A stretch of 64,000 nucleotides of DNA from contig CBFFRP010000394.1 of assembly GCA_965644295.1 (NCBI GenBank), positions 162,182 to 226,181 of the forward strand, in the 5' to 3' direction. A program made the position numbers and the translations under genes. Positions 22,101 to 31,868 of this stretch are shown piece after piece (the stretch's first letter is position 1; the number at the start of each line of letters is the position of its first letter). The notes beneath the pieces are model-generated. The model saw nothing but the letters and a program-made list of their open reading frames with translations. It was not told the DNA's origin and did no database searches. The stretch is from Paraphysomonas bandaiensis (taxonomy: Eukaryota > Protista > Chrysophyceae).

Positions 22101-25100
22101 ACGAGTGGTGCTCGAAATTCCACTGTGATAACATTCATCAAACACTAAGTGGGCAGTAACTATTTGCTTATTCGAGCGAAACGCTGATATGACTTTCCCA
22201 CCCGCAAGAATAGGGCTTACACTTGCTGAAGGTACTACATGAAGCAAGTGCCAAGCCGTTGAGCACCGCAACAAGAAGTTACATAACGTCACTCGGAATC
22301 TGTAGTAACCCTCTTCCAGTTGTGCTGTGTCCAGTGGCGTAGGAGGAACAAACTGGTACACATCGGTGAAAAACATCTGTACACCAGAATGATTAGTATG
22401 GCTATAAATGTCGATAGCCCAATGAGACCATGGTCGCCCACCAGACCCGTATGAGAGTGTGAGATCTAAAACAAAGGCCATACACCTGCTCACTGACTTT
22501 GGTGCGGATACAACTACGACTGGATTCGACGTAACCAGAGATGTTATAGTCACAGTAGTTGGTGATATGAATTGAAGCGTAGAGCATACGTTTGTGCCAT
22601 CAACATAGCACTCACCTTTCAAGGAATTTCCCCGCAAGGATAATTTAGATCCAACTGCAAGAGTGGAATCTCCTGAAGGTGTGACAATAATTTTCGATGC
22701 ACTACTCCACTCACACACGGCTGATTCAGCATCAGAAAATATCAATATATTGGTACAATTGAATTGAGGTACAGTCGTATTTCCGCGGTCAGTGAGCGAA
22801 CTAAACCTGACCTCCAGGAAAGCACCGTCGTCAACAAACGCTGCATATAATAAGACAGGTAACACACCACCACTTTCTGCCACAGTAATAGTATTTCCAT
22901 TTAAAAAAGACACCTCATACTCATCGAAAGAGGTACCAGAAAGTGACAAGGAAATCTTATAAATGCCAGTGCGGCTACCAGAAAAGTACACCACATGGCT
23001 GAGCTCACCAACACCGAAAATATCGTACGTAATGGTTGATGGAAACACTGCGTATGAAGTTTGGAAAACAGAGATATTATCTTCCAACATCCTCCTTTGG
23101 GACTCAACACCAATATCATCCACTTGAATATGAATATCAAGTTGTTTGAGAGGCAGTGCGGTGAGGTAAATTACACCAAGTATTGCACTGCTGCTGCTGC
23201 TTACAATGGTGTCCGTAATTAAGTCTAAAGTAATGAGCTTACAGCATGGCATAACCACACTCTGCTTCGAGGCAACCATATCATTTTCAGACATGCTATC
23301 TCCTTCTAAAGTGGACGTCAAACAATACAATTCGTAAGATAGCCCCGGAATTAGACCAAAGAATTCCACTTCGCCTTTACGAGAAACGGTATAGACGACA
23401 TCTCCATACTGAAGTACGTACTGCTTCGATGGAATCGAATCCATCTCAACCAATACACATCGAAATGCCCCATCTTTAGATAAGATTACATCTACATGTA
23501 GAGTATCGACAGCGGTTGTATTCATTGCCACTGTTACCAAAGCTGGAATCCATGTCGTTGGTAGAGATGTCGGTGGCATACTTGGCACAGAACTTGGTAT
23601 CACTGATGGAAAACTGCTTGGAGCGATTGATGGATTACATGTCGGCATTCCAGAAGGTAGAGATGATGGCGAACTCGACGGAACGTAAGTCGGAACACAA
23701 CTAGGTATTTCAGTCGGATTGCTTGAGGGATCTCCCGTAGGAAGACACGTTGGAGTGGAGGTTGGGTCGAAAGACGGATTACTGGAAGGGTCTCCAGTTG
23801 GTGCATTACTTGGGATACCGCTTGGCATAATAGTAGGGTAACTCGAGGGAATTCCAGTTGGAAGTCTGGATGGCGAACAAGATGGTACACCAGTGGGTAA
23901 ACTAGAAGGACCGGAAGTAGGTGATGTACTTGGAACGGAACTTGGCCCACAACTAGGAGCACATGTAGGTAAAGAACTCGGTTCGCCTGAAGGAAGACCT
24001 GTCGGGAAAGTGCTCGGCAATCTACTAGGTGTAACGCTCGGTAGGCTGGAAGGGAGTGAACTAGGAAAACCGCTAGGAACGAAACTTGGAAAAGAACTTG
24101 GACAAGATGAAGGAATTTCACTCGGCAATACAGACGGTGCAGTTGTGGGTACAACAGTAGGTACACTACTCGGTACACCACTCGGTAAACAGGTTGGAGT
24201 AGAGCTCGGCTCGGAAGAGGGACAGCTGGAGGGATCTCCAGATGGAAGGCCAGACGGGAGTGAACTCGGTACACTACTCGGTAAACAGGTTGGGGTAGAG
24301 CTCGGCTCGGAAGAGGGACAGCTGGAAGGATCTCCAGATGGAAGGCCAGACGGGAGTGAACTTGGTATACTGGAGGGTTGACTAGTGGGGTATCCAGATG
24401 GAAGACCAGTAGGTATACTACTCGGTACACTACTCGGTAAACAGGTTGGGGTAGAGCTCGGCTCGGAAGAGGGACAGCTGGAAGGATCTCCAGATGGAAG
24501 GCCAGACGGGAGTGAACTCGGTATACTGGAGGGTTGACTAGTGGGGTATCCAGATGGAAGACCAGTAGGTATACTACTCGGTACACCACTCGGTAAACAG
24601 GTTGGAGTAGAGCTCGGCTCGGAAGAGGGACAGCTGGAAGGATCTCCAGATGGAAGGCCAGACGGGAGTGAACTCGGTATACTGGAGGGTTGACTAGTGG
24701 GGTATCCAGATGGAAGACCAGTAGGTATACTACTCGGTACACCACTCGGTAAACAGGTTGGGGTAGAGCTCGGCTCGGAAGAGGGACAGCTGGAAGGATC
24801 TCCAGATGGAAGGCCAGACGGGAGTGAACTCGGTATACTGGAGGGCTGACTAGTGGGGTATCCAGATGGAAGACCAGTAGGTATACTACTCGGTACACTA
24901 CTCGGTAAACAGGTTGGGGTAGAGCTTGGCTCGGAAGAGGGACAGCTGGAAGGATCTCCAGATGGAAGGCCAGACGGGAGTGAACTAGGTATACTGGAGG
25001 GTTGACTAGTGGGGTATCCAGATGGAAGACCAGTAGGTATACTACTCGGTACACCACTCGGTAAACAGGTTGGAGTAGAGCTCGGCTCGGAAGAGGGACA

Positions 25101-26480
25101 GCTGGAAGGATCTCCAGATGGAAGGCCAGACGGGAGTGAACTCGGTATACTGGAGGGTTGACTAGTGGGGTATCCAGATGGAAGACCAGTAGGTATACTA
25201 CTCGGTACACCACTCGGTAAACAGGTTGGAGTAGAGCTCGGCTCGGAAGAGGGACAGCTGGAAGGATCTCCAGATGGAAGGCCAGACGGGAGTGAACTCG
25301 GTATACTGGAGGGTTGACTAGTGGGGTATCCAGATGGAAGACCAGTAGGTATACTACTCGGTACACCACTCGGTAAACAGGTTGGGGTAGAGCTCGGCTC
25401 GGAAGAGGGACAGCTGGAAGGATCTCCAGATGGAAGGCCAGACGGGAGTGAACTCGGTATACTGGAGGGTTGACTAGTGGGGTATCCAGATGGAAGACCA
25501 GTAGGTATACTACTCGGTACACCACTCGGTAAACAGGTTGGGGTGGAGCTCGGCTCGGAAGAGGGACAGCTGGAGGGATCTCCAGATGGAAGGCCAGACG
25601 GCAGTGAACTCGGTATACTGGAGGGTTGACTAGTGGGGTATCCAGATGGGATTCCCGTAGGAACTGTAGTCGGCTGTCTACTAGGAATACCGCTTGGGAT
25701 TCCGCTTGGTTCACCTGTCGGTTTCAATGTGGGTACTTGACTTGGAGCATTGCTGGGTGATGCACTCGGAATGGAACTGGGTTCACCACTTGGATTAGAA
25801 CTGGGGTAAAATGTCGGATTAGAAGTAGGTTCATACGATGGCTTCGAACTTGGAAGGCTGCTGGGAATCCCCGTTGGCTGTCCAGTCGGATCGCTGCTGG
25901 GCGTGGACGACGGAAGCCGGCTCGGTTGAGAAGTTGGTAAAAATGACGGTGTACTACTGGGTACTAAAGTTGGAATGCATGTAGGCTGTCCCGAAGGGAT
26001 AGAAGAGGGATATACTTCATCCACTTCACATATATAACTGTATGTATTTCCACAATCTCTATCCCACCAATCATTTCCGGAAAAATCCAAAGCAGCACAA
26101 TCCTCCTGTTCGATCACAACATCATCATTCGAATATCCTCCATTATTTGGTTGACCACTTCCCCAGTTAGTGTAAGAACTGCTACCAACTGTCCACCTCC
26201 AAGTGCCTTCGTCATTAAGGTCGTTGAATCCCAGCCATAGTGGCTTATCGGATGAGTAGGCCGCTGCGATAGCTGAGTTATGCGAACTTGATCTTACAAC
26301 CACCATGTATGCCCCCACAGAAGTACACGACGCATTTGCATCGACCCATGAGAGCTTCATCGCATTGTACAGTTTTAAACAGCTATTGCCAACATCAGAG
26401 TACCCCGTTGGACAGTTTAGCGATGTTACCATATGAAGAATCACACTTATCATCCACACGACACATAACAACAATCGCAT
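16110..26480 (-). CDS. Giant intronless PKD1/REJ-like surface receptor (signal peptide, C-type lectin, Pro/Ser/Thr stalk, REJ, EGF-like, GPS-like, multi-TM)
   Basis: WLGFNDLNDEGTWRW...YTNW..GQPNN...EDC...WWDRDC lectin; PSxxP repeats; SYDPD...YTWSC and VNSPP..GSF..P..G...F (REJ); C..NGCS..G.C...C.C..GF.G..C (EGF); several hydrophobic segments in the C-terminal third. Confidence 0.85.
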   Translation of the reverse strand: MRLLLCVVWMISVILHMVTSLNCPTGYSDVGNSCLKLYNAMKLSWVDANASCTSVGAYMVVVRSSSHNSAIAAAYSSDKPLWLGFNDLNDEGTWRWTVGSSSYTNWGSGQPNNGGYSNDDVVIEQEDCAALDFSGNDWWDRDCGNTYSYICEVDEVYPSSIPSGQPTCIPTLVPSSTPSFLPTSQPSRLPSSTPSSDPTGQPTGIPSSLPSSKPSYEPTSNPTFYPSSNPSGEPSSIPSASPSNAPSQVPTLKPTGEPSGIPSGIPSRQPTTVPTGIPSGYPTSQPSSIPSSLPSGLPSGDPSSCPSSEPSSTPTCLPSGVPSSIPTGLPSGYPTSQPSSIPSSLPSGLPSGDPSSCPSSEPSSTPTCLPSGVPSSIPTGLPSGYPTSQPSSIPSSLPSGLPSGDPSSCPSSEPSSTPTCLPSGVPSSIPTGLPSGYPTSQPSSIPSSLPSGLPSGDPSSCPSSEPSSTPTCLPSGVPSSIPTGLPSGYPTSQPSSIPSSLPSGLPSGDPSSCPSSEPSSTPTCLPSSVPSSIPTGLPSGYPTSQPSSIPSSLPSGLPSGDPSSCPSSEPSSTPTCLPSGVPSSIPTGLPSGYPTSQPSSIPSSLPSGLPSGDPSSCPSSEPSSTPTCLPSGVPSSIPTGLPSGYPTSQPSSIPSSLPSGLPSGDPSSCPSSEPSSTPTCLPSSVPSSIPTGLPSGYPTSQPSSIPSSLPSGLPSGDPSSCPSSEPSSTPTCLPSSVPSSLPSGLPSGDPSSCPSSEPSSTPTCLPSGVPSSVPTVVPTTAPSVLPSEIPSSCPSSFPSFVPSGFPSSLPSSLPSVTPSRLPSTFPTGLPSGEPSSLPTCAPSCGPSSVPSTSPTSGPSSLPTGVPSCSPSRLPTGIPSSYPTIMPSGIPSNAPTGDPSSNPSFDPTSTPTCLPTGDPSSNPTEIPSCVPTYVPSSSPSSLPSGMPTCNPSIAPSSFPSVIPSSVPSMPPTSLPTTWIPALVTVAMNTTAVDTLHVDVILSKDGAFRCVLVEMDSIPSKQYVLQYGDVVYTVSRKGEVEFFGLIPGLSYELYCLTSTLEGDSMSENDMVASKQSVVMPCCKLITLDLITDTIVSSSSSAILGVIYLTALPLKQLDIHIQVDDIGVESQRRMLEDNISVFQTSYAVFPSTITYDIFGVGELSHVVYFSGSRTGIYKISLSLSGTSFDEYEVSFLNGNTITVAESGGVLPVLLYAAFVDDGAFLEVRFSSLTDRGNTTVPQFNCTNILIFSDAESAVCEWSSASKIIVTPSGDSTLAVGSKLSLRGNSLKGECYVDGTNVCSTLQFISPTTVTITSLVTSNPVVVVSAPKSVSRCMAFVLDLTLSYGSGGRPWSHWAIDIYSHTNHSGVQMFFTDVYQFVPPTPLDTAQLEEGYYRFRVTLCNFLLRCSTAWHLLHVVPSASVSPILAGGKVISAFRSNKQIVTAHLVFDECYHSGISSTTRQLGTFYTWEVFEKDSLYPMNISGRTRSGPHFLMFPEYFFVPGMYYVVKYSVYDEVLNVYHIVSSVINVLFTPLSVVLPIGNVAYVSNDNVLEFDGTYSYDPDNFAATFNYTWSCEYWDGGNISRCDDTVFEANGYLSAELVPSGSAGFHTFYICLRIIDSDSGRVGVHCSLVLSCPVGSPTVNVYSTAGNMIEWKETLKLYGSIFSFSGLAEWSSSHLDDFSVVNTLSPIEYEVYLNSSTRIAMYNLFLVPFAFFAHDIHVFTLSLSNGNGKLSHSSIFIEVNSPPSEGSFTLYPTSGREYIDLFHMHAPYWTDTSLPLKYRFGFMSVSSTILSLRQPTFDSFISTILPRTSTANSSVICVVSVFDSLSASREKTSAITVLPSGDINTPLTNASSDFFRMLRSGDIFGLENRIAVVAGAISRVLCASAPDCDALNRLSCSKMVNTCGECKSSYIGELGPANTPCLPSQFYQSIERGTPCTSNSSCLPFMTCHFNSCIPAAKSCVNGCSSNGDCIYIDEQLNTPVENCFIGDLWCKSVCRCHDGFHGQTCSFTTEEFHDSSMVVEASMCSLKSLIDLDFSSQFVSKSWVSLVYELMSNPSLLSFSALNCSIPVIKHILDRGLDISFSDMSMMLSSLDSLSRYHEYGDFSLASNIHMERLVDEMSLLITESCLLLSSWMDINQEAFEFIGSQFRLYATVIIKENNFTINTPLTLHEILNNVKLSSIIGNVQNNTIHCVVTQAPSMYILTNRDISTNILWHVDSVYKPPLQKKSFVNRDIGNITSRYILRNIVPVQYGVVQHSTHATLQCNETAGVYIHDCGYGVSTSFTCEGFSNTWIVTCPEIMARPVCNSMNITFVEQEDCIVETFSSEFVVCSCSPRAMGSRPHALFATVSYDSIGSPTASKRRSAEASVQKSLTSGWTAYSAAVIVIVLGVFGYICCTRAENVECNAKLQDIESIFPSLLFKPSVFDSFIYEFKHCHRWGSLFLTSEKVSRPRELRALCICCSTVYFMFLNTIVMGILITDNDSCFDMRTARDCTGGTSGRIFMDEICVWESSECVPTHPISHIKTIFLVVAVCAILCLPLDLLTDYFVTEVLARPTYESGLDTRKSSKVASTLPDRSICTAALNKLKAELANYYTVIGNDTTNVSFNVAWNSAHYHSGSVLPAFSQPSTEICKVDENNVPQTSKTNDKIHLFNEKMVLSDIIGTFSQFRSEKNRISFLKAEEGNRRLLVLFVKDLLSPSAGNIVEKYGTCNYFWKLEPEPMWLKFIIFLVLAALIAFCLSYIISFGVHRTASEHVAWIFSFFIWLVIDIIFVCPFQILVTRVLIPLLIFDEASEVMNALVAALTAIRSGAKVFTPDGSWDAGSSNLFNAFDYFSVSMLVAKECQHLEDRPLVLNFRTVFPRRCYWCTSAQKLSCFTYDEICYRIVDFAGVIAGLHESLEIFVYRAGTWLVVLSLILIHIELYAINIILVFIPLLVLVSFIISCQLRGVKLCSSRCCQPFATPSIARSPSDEDIFKLPKGLSVNRKKPAAIGRSVSDVLASPIYKSSSFRYTKEENRNAEVTGDCKLEIDEKPATTSCDSFEQGCFKRFRRADMLRALRLAGISAEKGEGFPEDIKGSSGSKIPDAMLSPMNEYDEIRRVQATIPSQAIVSHMQGLVVENEVGWGATSFDEDDEGAVDVEYQSRLAKILRTNDNMQKVITMGDEEDDEPFHDNAVIESGSLKVEDDILPGVPFDANSPRLSRILKERGITSKTTFDSDQDDAVSSSSKQSMGNVEARIVSHMRGLVVENEVGWGATSFDEDDEGTVDVEYQSRLAKILRTNDNMQKVITMGDDESVSSVGTCESFTCGDSYECDVLVRRQSPIDRKVERLDQTNCVGGAKQELVDSSLLFCGGFHTEEEVDVVKKDFMVGNLARQFSMHQHHESAKQRLSSRLKARREENTDTDTFDSSEKSSVLPSRLKKTLVTNSERHRVSLMIQEQKQKRRLQQRLLEKKL
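24160..25650 (-). repeat. Coding tandem repeat, 159-bp (53-aa) unit, about 9 copies
   Basis: PSGYPTSQPSSIPSSLPSGLPSGDPSSCPSSEPSSTPTCLPSGVPSSIPTGL repeated nearly identically at the DNA level. Confidence 0.95.
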
Positions 26481-27126
26481 ATTTTATATCAACTCACAAT
26501 ACGAATTTTTCTCATGTATACGCCTTACTGATCGATATTACGTGTAGTGTATATACATTTCTTCGCTAAGTCATTCACTGAATGTCTGTATCTGCCTATA
26601 CAGAGGATAGGGTATGAAAGAATGAATGCATAATGAGAAACTGATGAATAAATTAATTTATCGTCATAGTAAAGTCTGTCATATATAATCACACACACTA
26701 ACAGCTACGTTGTGCTTATCTTATAGGTACAGTCGCATTTGTATACTGGGGTTTACGGTATACTTTGGGGAGTATTACACAGAATTTGATTTTATCAATC
26801 AATTTTTTGTGTGATTTCTTGTCTGTATAGCAGTGTATAGAAAGACCTATCAAACAAAAAATCCTGGTTTTTTCGTTTTTTTATGATCAACTTTGTACAC
26901 AGTACTTGTAGGAATTCCTACATGATGTTATACATACTGGCTGTATCATATAGTGGGTGGTATCATAGAAACGTGACAGTATCCATATACTCCTGATCTG
27001 TATGTTCCACTGACAATAAACATTCCTTCAATAGATTCTAATTTAATACCGAATATTCACCCAGTTTTGTTATATATCCCTTCTAAACGCCGAGTGTGTG
27101 AACTCGTAGAAATCGTTACTACTACC

Positions 27127-28076
27127 ATGAAAAGCTCCGTTGTTTCGCTTTATTTGGCTCTGTACAATATTACTTGCTGTGTCGGATGGGCGTATATACT
27201 TTATATATGTGCAGTGCATTGGGTGTCAGGAAGGTACTTCGTGTAAAACGTACTCGCATTTTTCTTAAATATGTTCGCAGATATGAATATCTTTGGGAAG
27301 AATCGAATTATATGTTAAAAGTTGTGCAGACAGCCGCAGTATTTGAAATCTTTCATATTTTATTAGGTATTGTCAAATCATCGTTGTCTACTTCATTTTT
27401 GCAAGGTGAGATATTGCAAGCTTAATATGTATTATTAATTTGTTAATTAGTGTTTGCTCGAGTTGTTTTTGTGTGGGCAATATTCGATGCGATTCCGTCT
27501 ACTCAGACTAGTATATTCACAATACTCGCTATATCCAGTTGGGCACTTGTCGAAGTCCCTCGCTACTTGTTTTATGCTTTAAATTTATTTGATTCTGTTC
27601 CGTTTGTTATATTTTGGCTGCGATACAGGTCTACAATTTGTTTTCATGTATGTTGTGATAACAATTGTGTAGTCTCTTTTTGGTTCTCTACGTTACTGGA
27701 ATCACCGGGGAATTGGGATGTCTGTATCAGGCTGCCAATGAATTATGGGATACAAAAGTATGCCAACTCGTATTGCAGTAGTTTGCTTGTCTATGTTATT
27801 TGATAGTTTTATTTTGATCCTAACGTAAGATCATCTGGTAGGGATACGTCTTTCAACCCATCCCCTCCTTGCCCAGTTTACAAATTTCTCAACTGATGAT
27901 GATAATACTGCTATGGCTGATGTATATTCCGGGTGCGTTGTGTAGTATTACCAGTGGTTTGTTCTCTGATTAGTACTTTCTATATCTATTCAGGAGCTCC
28001 TACAATGTACTTGCATATGCTGAAGAACAGGAGGAAACAGTTGCGGTCCACACAAAGAGCGAAAAAGTCAATCTGA
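27127..28076 (+). CDS. HACD: Very-long-chain 3-hydroxyacyl-CoA dehydratase (PTPLA/PHS1/PAS2), multi-exon
   Basis: YLALYN...GW; QTAAVFEIFHILLGIVKS; QVFAR; WALVEVPRYLFY; WLRYSLFLVLY..G..GE (catalytic Y/E); MYLHMLKNRRK; KKSI* ER-retrieval motif. Confidence 0.93.
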
Positions 28077-29029
28077 GATATTTTCTTCGCTTTATTTCTC
28101 TAAATATATACCGCATTGTATTCGGAACATATTGTTTTATCGTGATTCTGTTGTGCGATGTTGTAATACGAATGAAACTACTGTTCTACTTCACTCAAAG
28201 CTGTAAGTAGGCAGTAGCATTTCGATGTAGACATATCAATGTATACCGTACGAAAGATGTAATGGTGATCAGTAATTAAAGCTTTATGTGTTAGATCTCT
28301 CCTCATTTGAATTTCCTTATTCATATTTATTATAACATCAACTAATAAGAGCTACTACGTAGCTGACAGTGTGCGAATATTTAGTATTCAGTATACACTG
28401 ATACTGATGAAAAATTCTCTACATTCCAGTTGGGTAATGTTGCCATGAATAATCATACTATCCGCTATACGGATATATGTTTAATGCAAAGCTACGAGTA
28501 TGGATATGAATAATTGTGGGAAGAATTCCAAAATGGTAAATGTCACCCTTAGGAATACGACAATACGAGGACGGCCCCGGAACGGCTCAGTATAACCCAG
28601 CTAGGCCCATAATAGGCTGGATCGCAAATACCCTTTCCATAAGAAGGTCAACAAGACAGAATGCTATTCGTAAATCTGTTCGCATCGCCATTCAGGACAT
28701 TTTACACGACTGTTGCTGCTGTAGATATTGATATATACTCTCATCAGTCATCACGTAATAAATAAACATAGTGCTTTTCGTTTAATATGATAAGTAGATA
28801 ATAACTGGAAAACCAGAGATCAGTCTGAGAAATAAGAATAATCCACCCTATGAGTAGCCTATTGTGATTATAATGGTATGTCCCTTATCACTATATGCAT
28901 GTATATCAATTGCTGTGATATGGTGGTGCTGCTGCTCCTATCCAGAGAATACAACACTCAACCATACTACAACCTCCAATTCATAGAAGTTGAATATATA
29001 TTATACAATTCAACTGTGTATGATCAAGC

Positions 29030-29036
29030 AGCGGGT

Positions 29037-29078
<42 letters not shown>

Positions 29079-29101
29079 TAGATCGAAACTACCATCCGCT
29101 A
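29030..29101 (+). tRNA. tRNA-iMet: Initiator tRNA-Met (CAT)
   Basis: A1:U72 acceptor stem AGCGGGT/ATCCGCT; TGGCGCAG A-box; GGG/CCC anticodon stem with CAT at 29062-29064; GATCGAAAC initiator T-loop; T-run terminator at ~29107-29113. Confidence 0.97.
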
Positions 29102-29439
29102 AGCTCTTTTTTTGTTATTTTTTGTCATTTCATCACTTGTCGAAGAGATCGTTTTTTTGTTGTCAACCAGTATAAAATATATCGATTTTTAGAGGAAACA
29201 TATACTATAAATGGTATATTTTCCTATTTTTTTAGAATTGTAGAACCAAGTTCTAGAGCACACGATACAAAAAGCAGTCTACATACAGCAGTGTATGCTA
29301 TGATAGACTATGGTATGGTATATCTGTCTATGTAGGTATATACAGAGTATGTATATATATGCTGGTGTTGATATATCATGGTATTATAATATCACTCCAT
29401 CCATAAAACATCTTAGACCAACCACACATATAAAGAACC

Positions 29440-29886
29440 ATGTCTATCCTCCCTTCTCTAATCCTGTCTGTCATCTTCATTCATATAACACCATCAGCTC
29501 TATCATCTGACTCTGATTGTCTATCACAGGGATTCAATAGGGATGTCTTACAATGCAACACATGTGAACGACTATTGAAAGTAACAGACGATAATGATCT
29601 ATTTGAAGAATGTCAGAAGTGCTGTAGCATAACTGGAAACGATATGTTTCAACTTGCTGTTCTAGAAGTCGATAGAAAGATGCTCCATCATTATGAGAAC
29701 ATCATGACCATAGCCAAATCAGCGAATGAGTTGAATTTAATGCTTCGTCATAAGTACATGGCCAGACCAACCTTACTAATGTATTCTGAACGTACAGACG
29801 ACGAACCTGCTGAAGTTATAAGCGTTGCATCGTGGACTGCTGATGTCATGCAAGAATATTTAAGAACACATGTCGTTTCTGATTGA
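29440..29886 (+). CDS. Sep15/SELENOF-like ER protein lacking the CxU redox motif
   Basis: Signal peptide; C..GF...L.C..C..L...L..EC..CC Cys-rich domain; AVLEV then DRK; P.L.M...E.ISV..WT.D.MQEYL thioredoxin-like tail. Confidence 0.85.
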   Translation: MSILPSLILSVIFIHITPSALSSDSDCLSQGFNRDVLQCNTCERLLKVTDDNDLFEECQKCCSITGNDMFQLAVLEVDRKMLHHYENIMTIAKSANELNLMLRHKYMARPTLLMYSERTDDEPAEVISVASWTADVMQEYLRTHVVSD

Positions 29887-30849
29887 TATCTCTGATCTAT
29901 ACGTAGTCTAGCACAAAGTCATTTTGCTGTAATTAACGAAAAAATGTTTTCTAATGATGATTACCGTAGTTTTTATATATTCAAGGTCCGTTCTGGCCAA
30001 GTATTTTCAGTGCCAAGGTTATCTATACTAGTAGGCGTCTCGTATAATATGTATGCACTTACAATTTTGCATTGTATGTAATATATGAATAAAAATAAAG
30101 GAACAGATTCTAAATTAGAGCATTAACGCCACTACAGGATCTCGTGATTGATACCATATCACTTACCATATACAGCTGGAAGACCTCAACAGAACGCTAT
30201 ATGAGCACCGGGCATATAAGCAAATATAGACATTCAACTTCTTACACTTACTCGATATAAAGAAGAGGCATATTAATATATTGTAATATTTGGTTCAAAC
30301 TGAGACTATCTTCTATCTTATATACAGCTTTGACAGTCATTTGAATGTAATTTATTTGCATTGAACAGTTTAACGGAAACCACTCCAAGTTATATTCATT
30401 CTTCGTCAGAGTTAGAAGATCAGAATGATGGCAGTGCAGGTGATTAATCTTATAAACTAAGACTATCAAGATATTTTTGGAGGGTTCATATTCCACATTT
30501 TATGCTGAAGGTGATTTGGAGCAGTGGCGCCCAGTTCTCTCAGGGTTTGGCCAAAGAAATTGAATAAAATTTGCAGCGATAGGGTAGTTGATATCATTTG
30601 GCTTATATATCATTTGCTCACAACAGCCACTGAGAGTTAACTGTTAAGTGTGCAAAGGCTCAAACACTCTTAAAATTCACTCTACGTGCAAAGGCTAATC
30701 GGAGAGAGTTCAGAAATATTGAGTGATAAATATTAATAGCACGTAGAGCAAGAAACATCATAGCGTAAAGTGATCAACGCCATCCACAGCTACTGGATAT
30801 AACCCTTATCATGACCACTTGAAATTGCATCAAACTAGCTAGTTACCGT

Positions 30850-31285
30850 CGTGAATGTCTGATTATTAGCAATAGGCGTGAAAGAATCAGGACTAAAGTA
30901 GCAAAACAATTTAACTAAACTCCCATATCCTACTTCTTAGCGCTGCGAAAGCTGTTTGTGCGTCACCGCAATCACCAAGGTGCAAACACTTTCGCTCTGT
31001 CACTCAAAGTAGATCCTGTGAGCAAGCAGAATGTTGATATCCCTGACATCTGTGATTTCAGGATTTTTGAGTCTTTAAGGTGAACATCCCGGATGCTTGA
31101 CTTCAGCAGGCAGCCCAATACCCCGGATGCACTGAGGTGGACCAATTCCCGGATGCTTGACTTCAGCAAACAGCCAAATCCCCCGGATGCTCTTGAGGTG
31201 GGCCCATTCCTGGATACCTGTTTATTCGTCAAGGCCTAAAGACGTCTACACAAGTTACACTTATTAGTGTCCCTTGCACCACTCA
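30850..31285 (-). repeat. Inverted copy of the dispersed repeat family with internal 60-bp duplication
   Basis: TTGTGCGTCACCGCAA...CCAAGGTGCAA; CCCGGATGC units; TGTTTATTCGTCAAGGC matches the reverse complement of ~14150-14430. Confidence 0.82.
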
Positions 31286-31868
31286 AACTACGTGACACAA
31301 GTCAGCTCATTAGGATTCTTGATGGGTGACAAATGCTTACAAGTTGCATCATGCTATATGCTATAATAGATACCCATCCTGTAAGGGTTATTGTTTTAAA
31401 AATATTATTCTAAATAAGACGACAATTATTTTGAAAACAATACTACAGTATATTCATTTTATAAAAAAAACAGCTACGTATCGTCATCCACATTTAGCTA
31501 CCTCATATGCGAGCTGATGTGGTTAAACATTAAATAAACAACCCACAGTATTCAAACTAGATGTGTGCTAGCCCCCCGTTTCGAGCGAAGCACACAGTGT
31601 GCATACGATCTGTATCAAGGCTCCGATATTATTGTAAATTAAAATGTAGAATGACAACTTTACTTAGTTTCATTATAATTCCGGCAATAACTACTTGGAT
31701 AAACATTCACTATTCCAACCCCAAGTATAGTACGTATCGTTAACTACATACACTTCGAAAAGACAATACACAATCTAAATTATATACGAATTTATGTTAT
31801 AAAACAAAAGAATTACCTTAACAACATAAGTAACATAACACTAAAAACCACTACAAAGTCTACAACTA

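Noticed and set aside
23600-25714. 704-aa alternative-frame ORF (VYRVVYR repeats) and antisense ORFs
   Set aside because: Frame-shifted read of the 159-bp coding repeat.
29886-30100. SECIS downstream of the Sep15-like gene
   Set aside because: No in-frame TGA in the gene and no convincing AUGA/GA hairpin seen.
31085-31220. Repeat-spacer pattern resembling a mini-CRISPR
   Set aside because: Repeats are only 9 bp, spacers are themselves duplicated, no cas genes, eukaryotic context.
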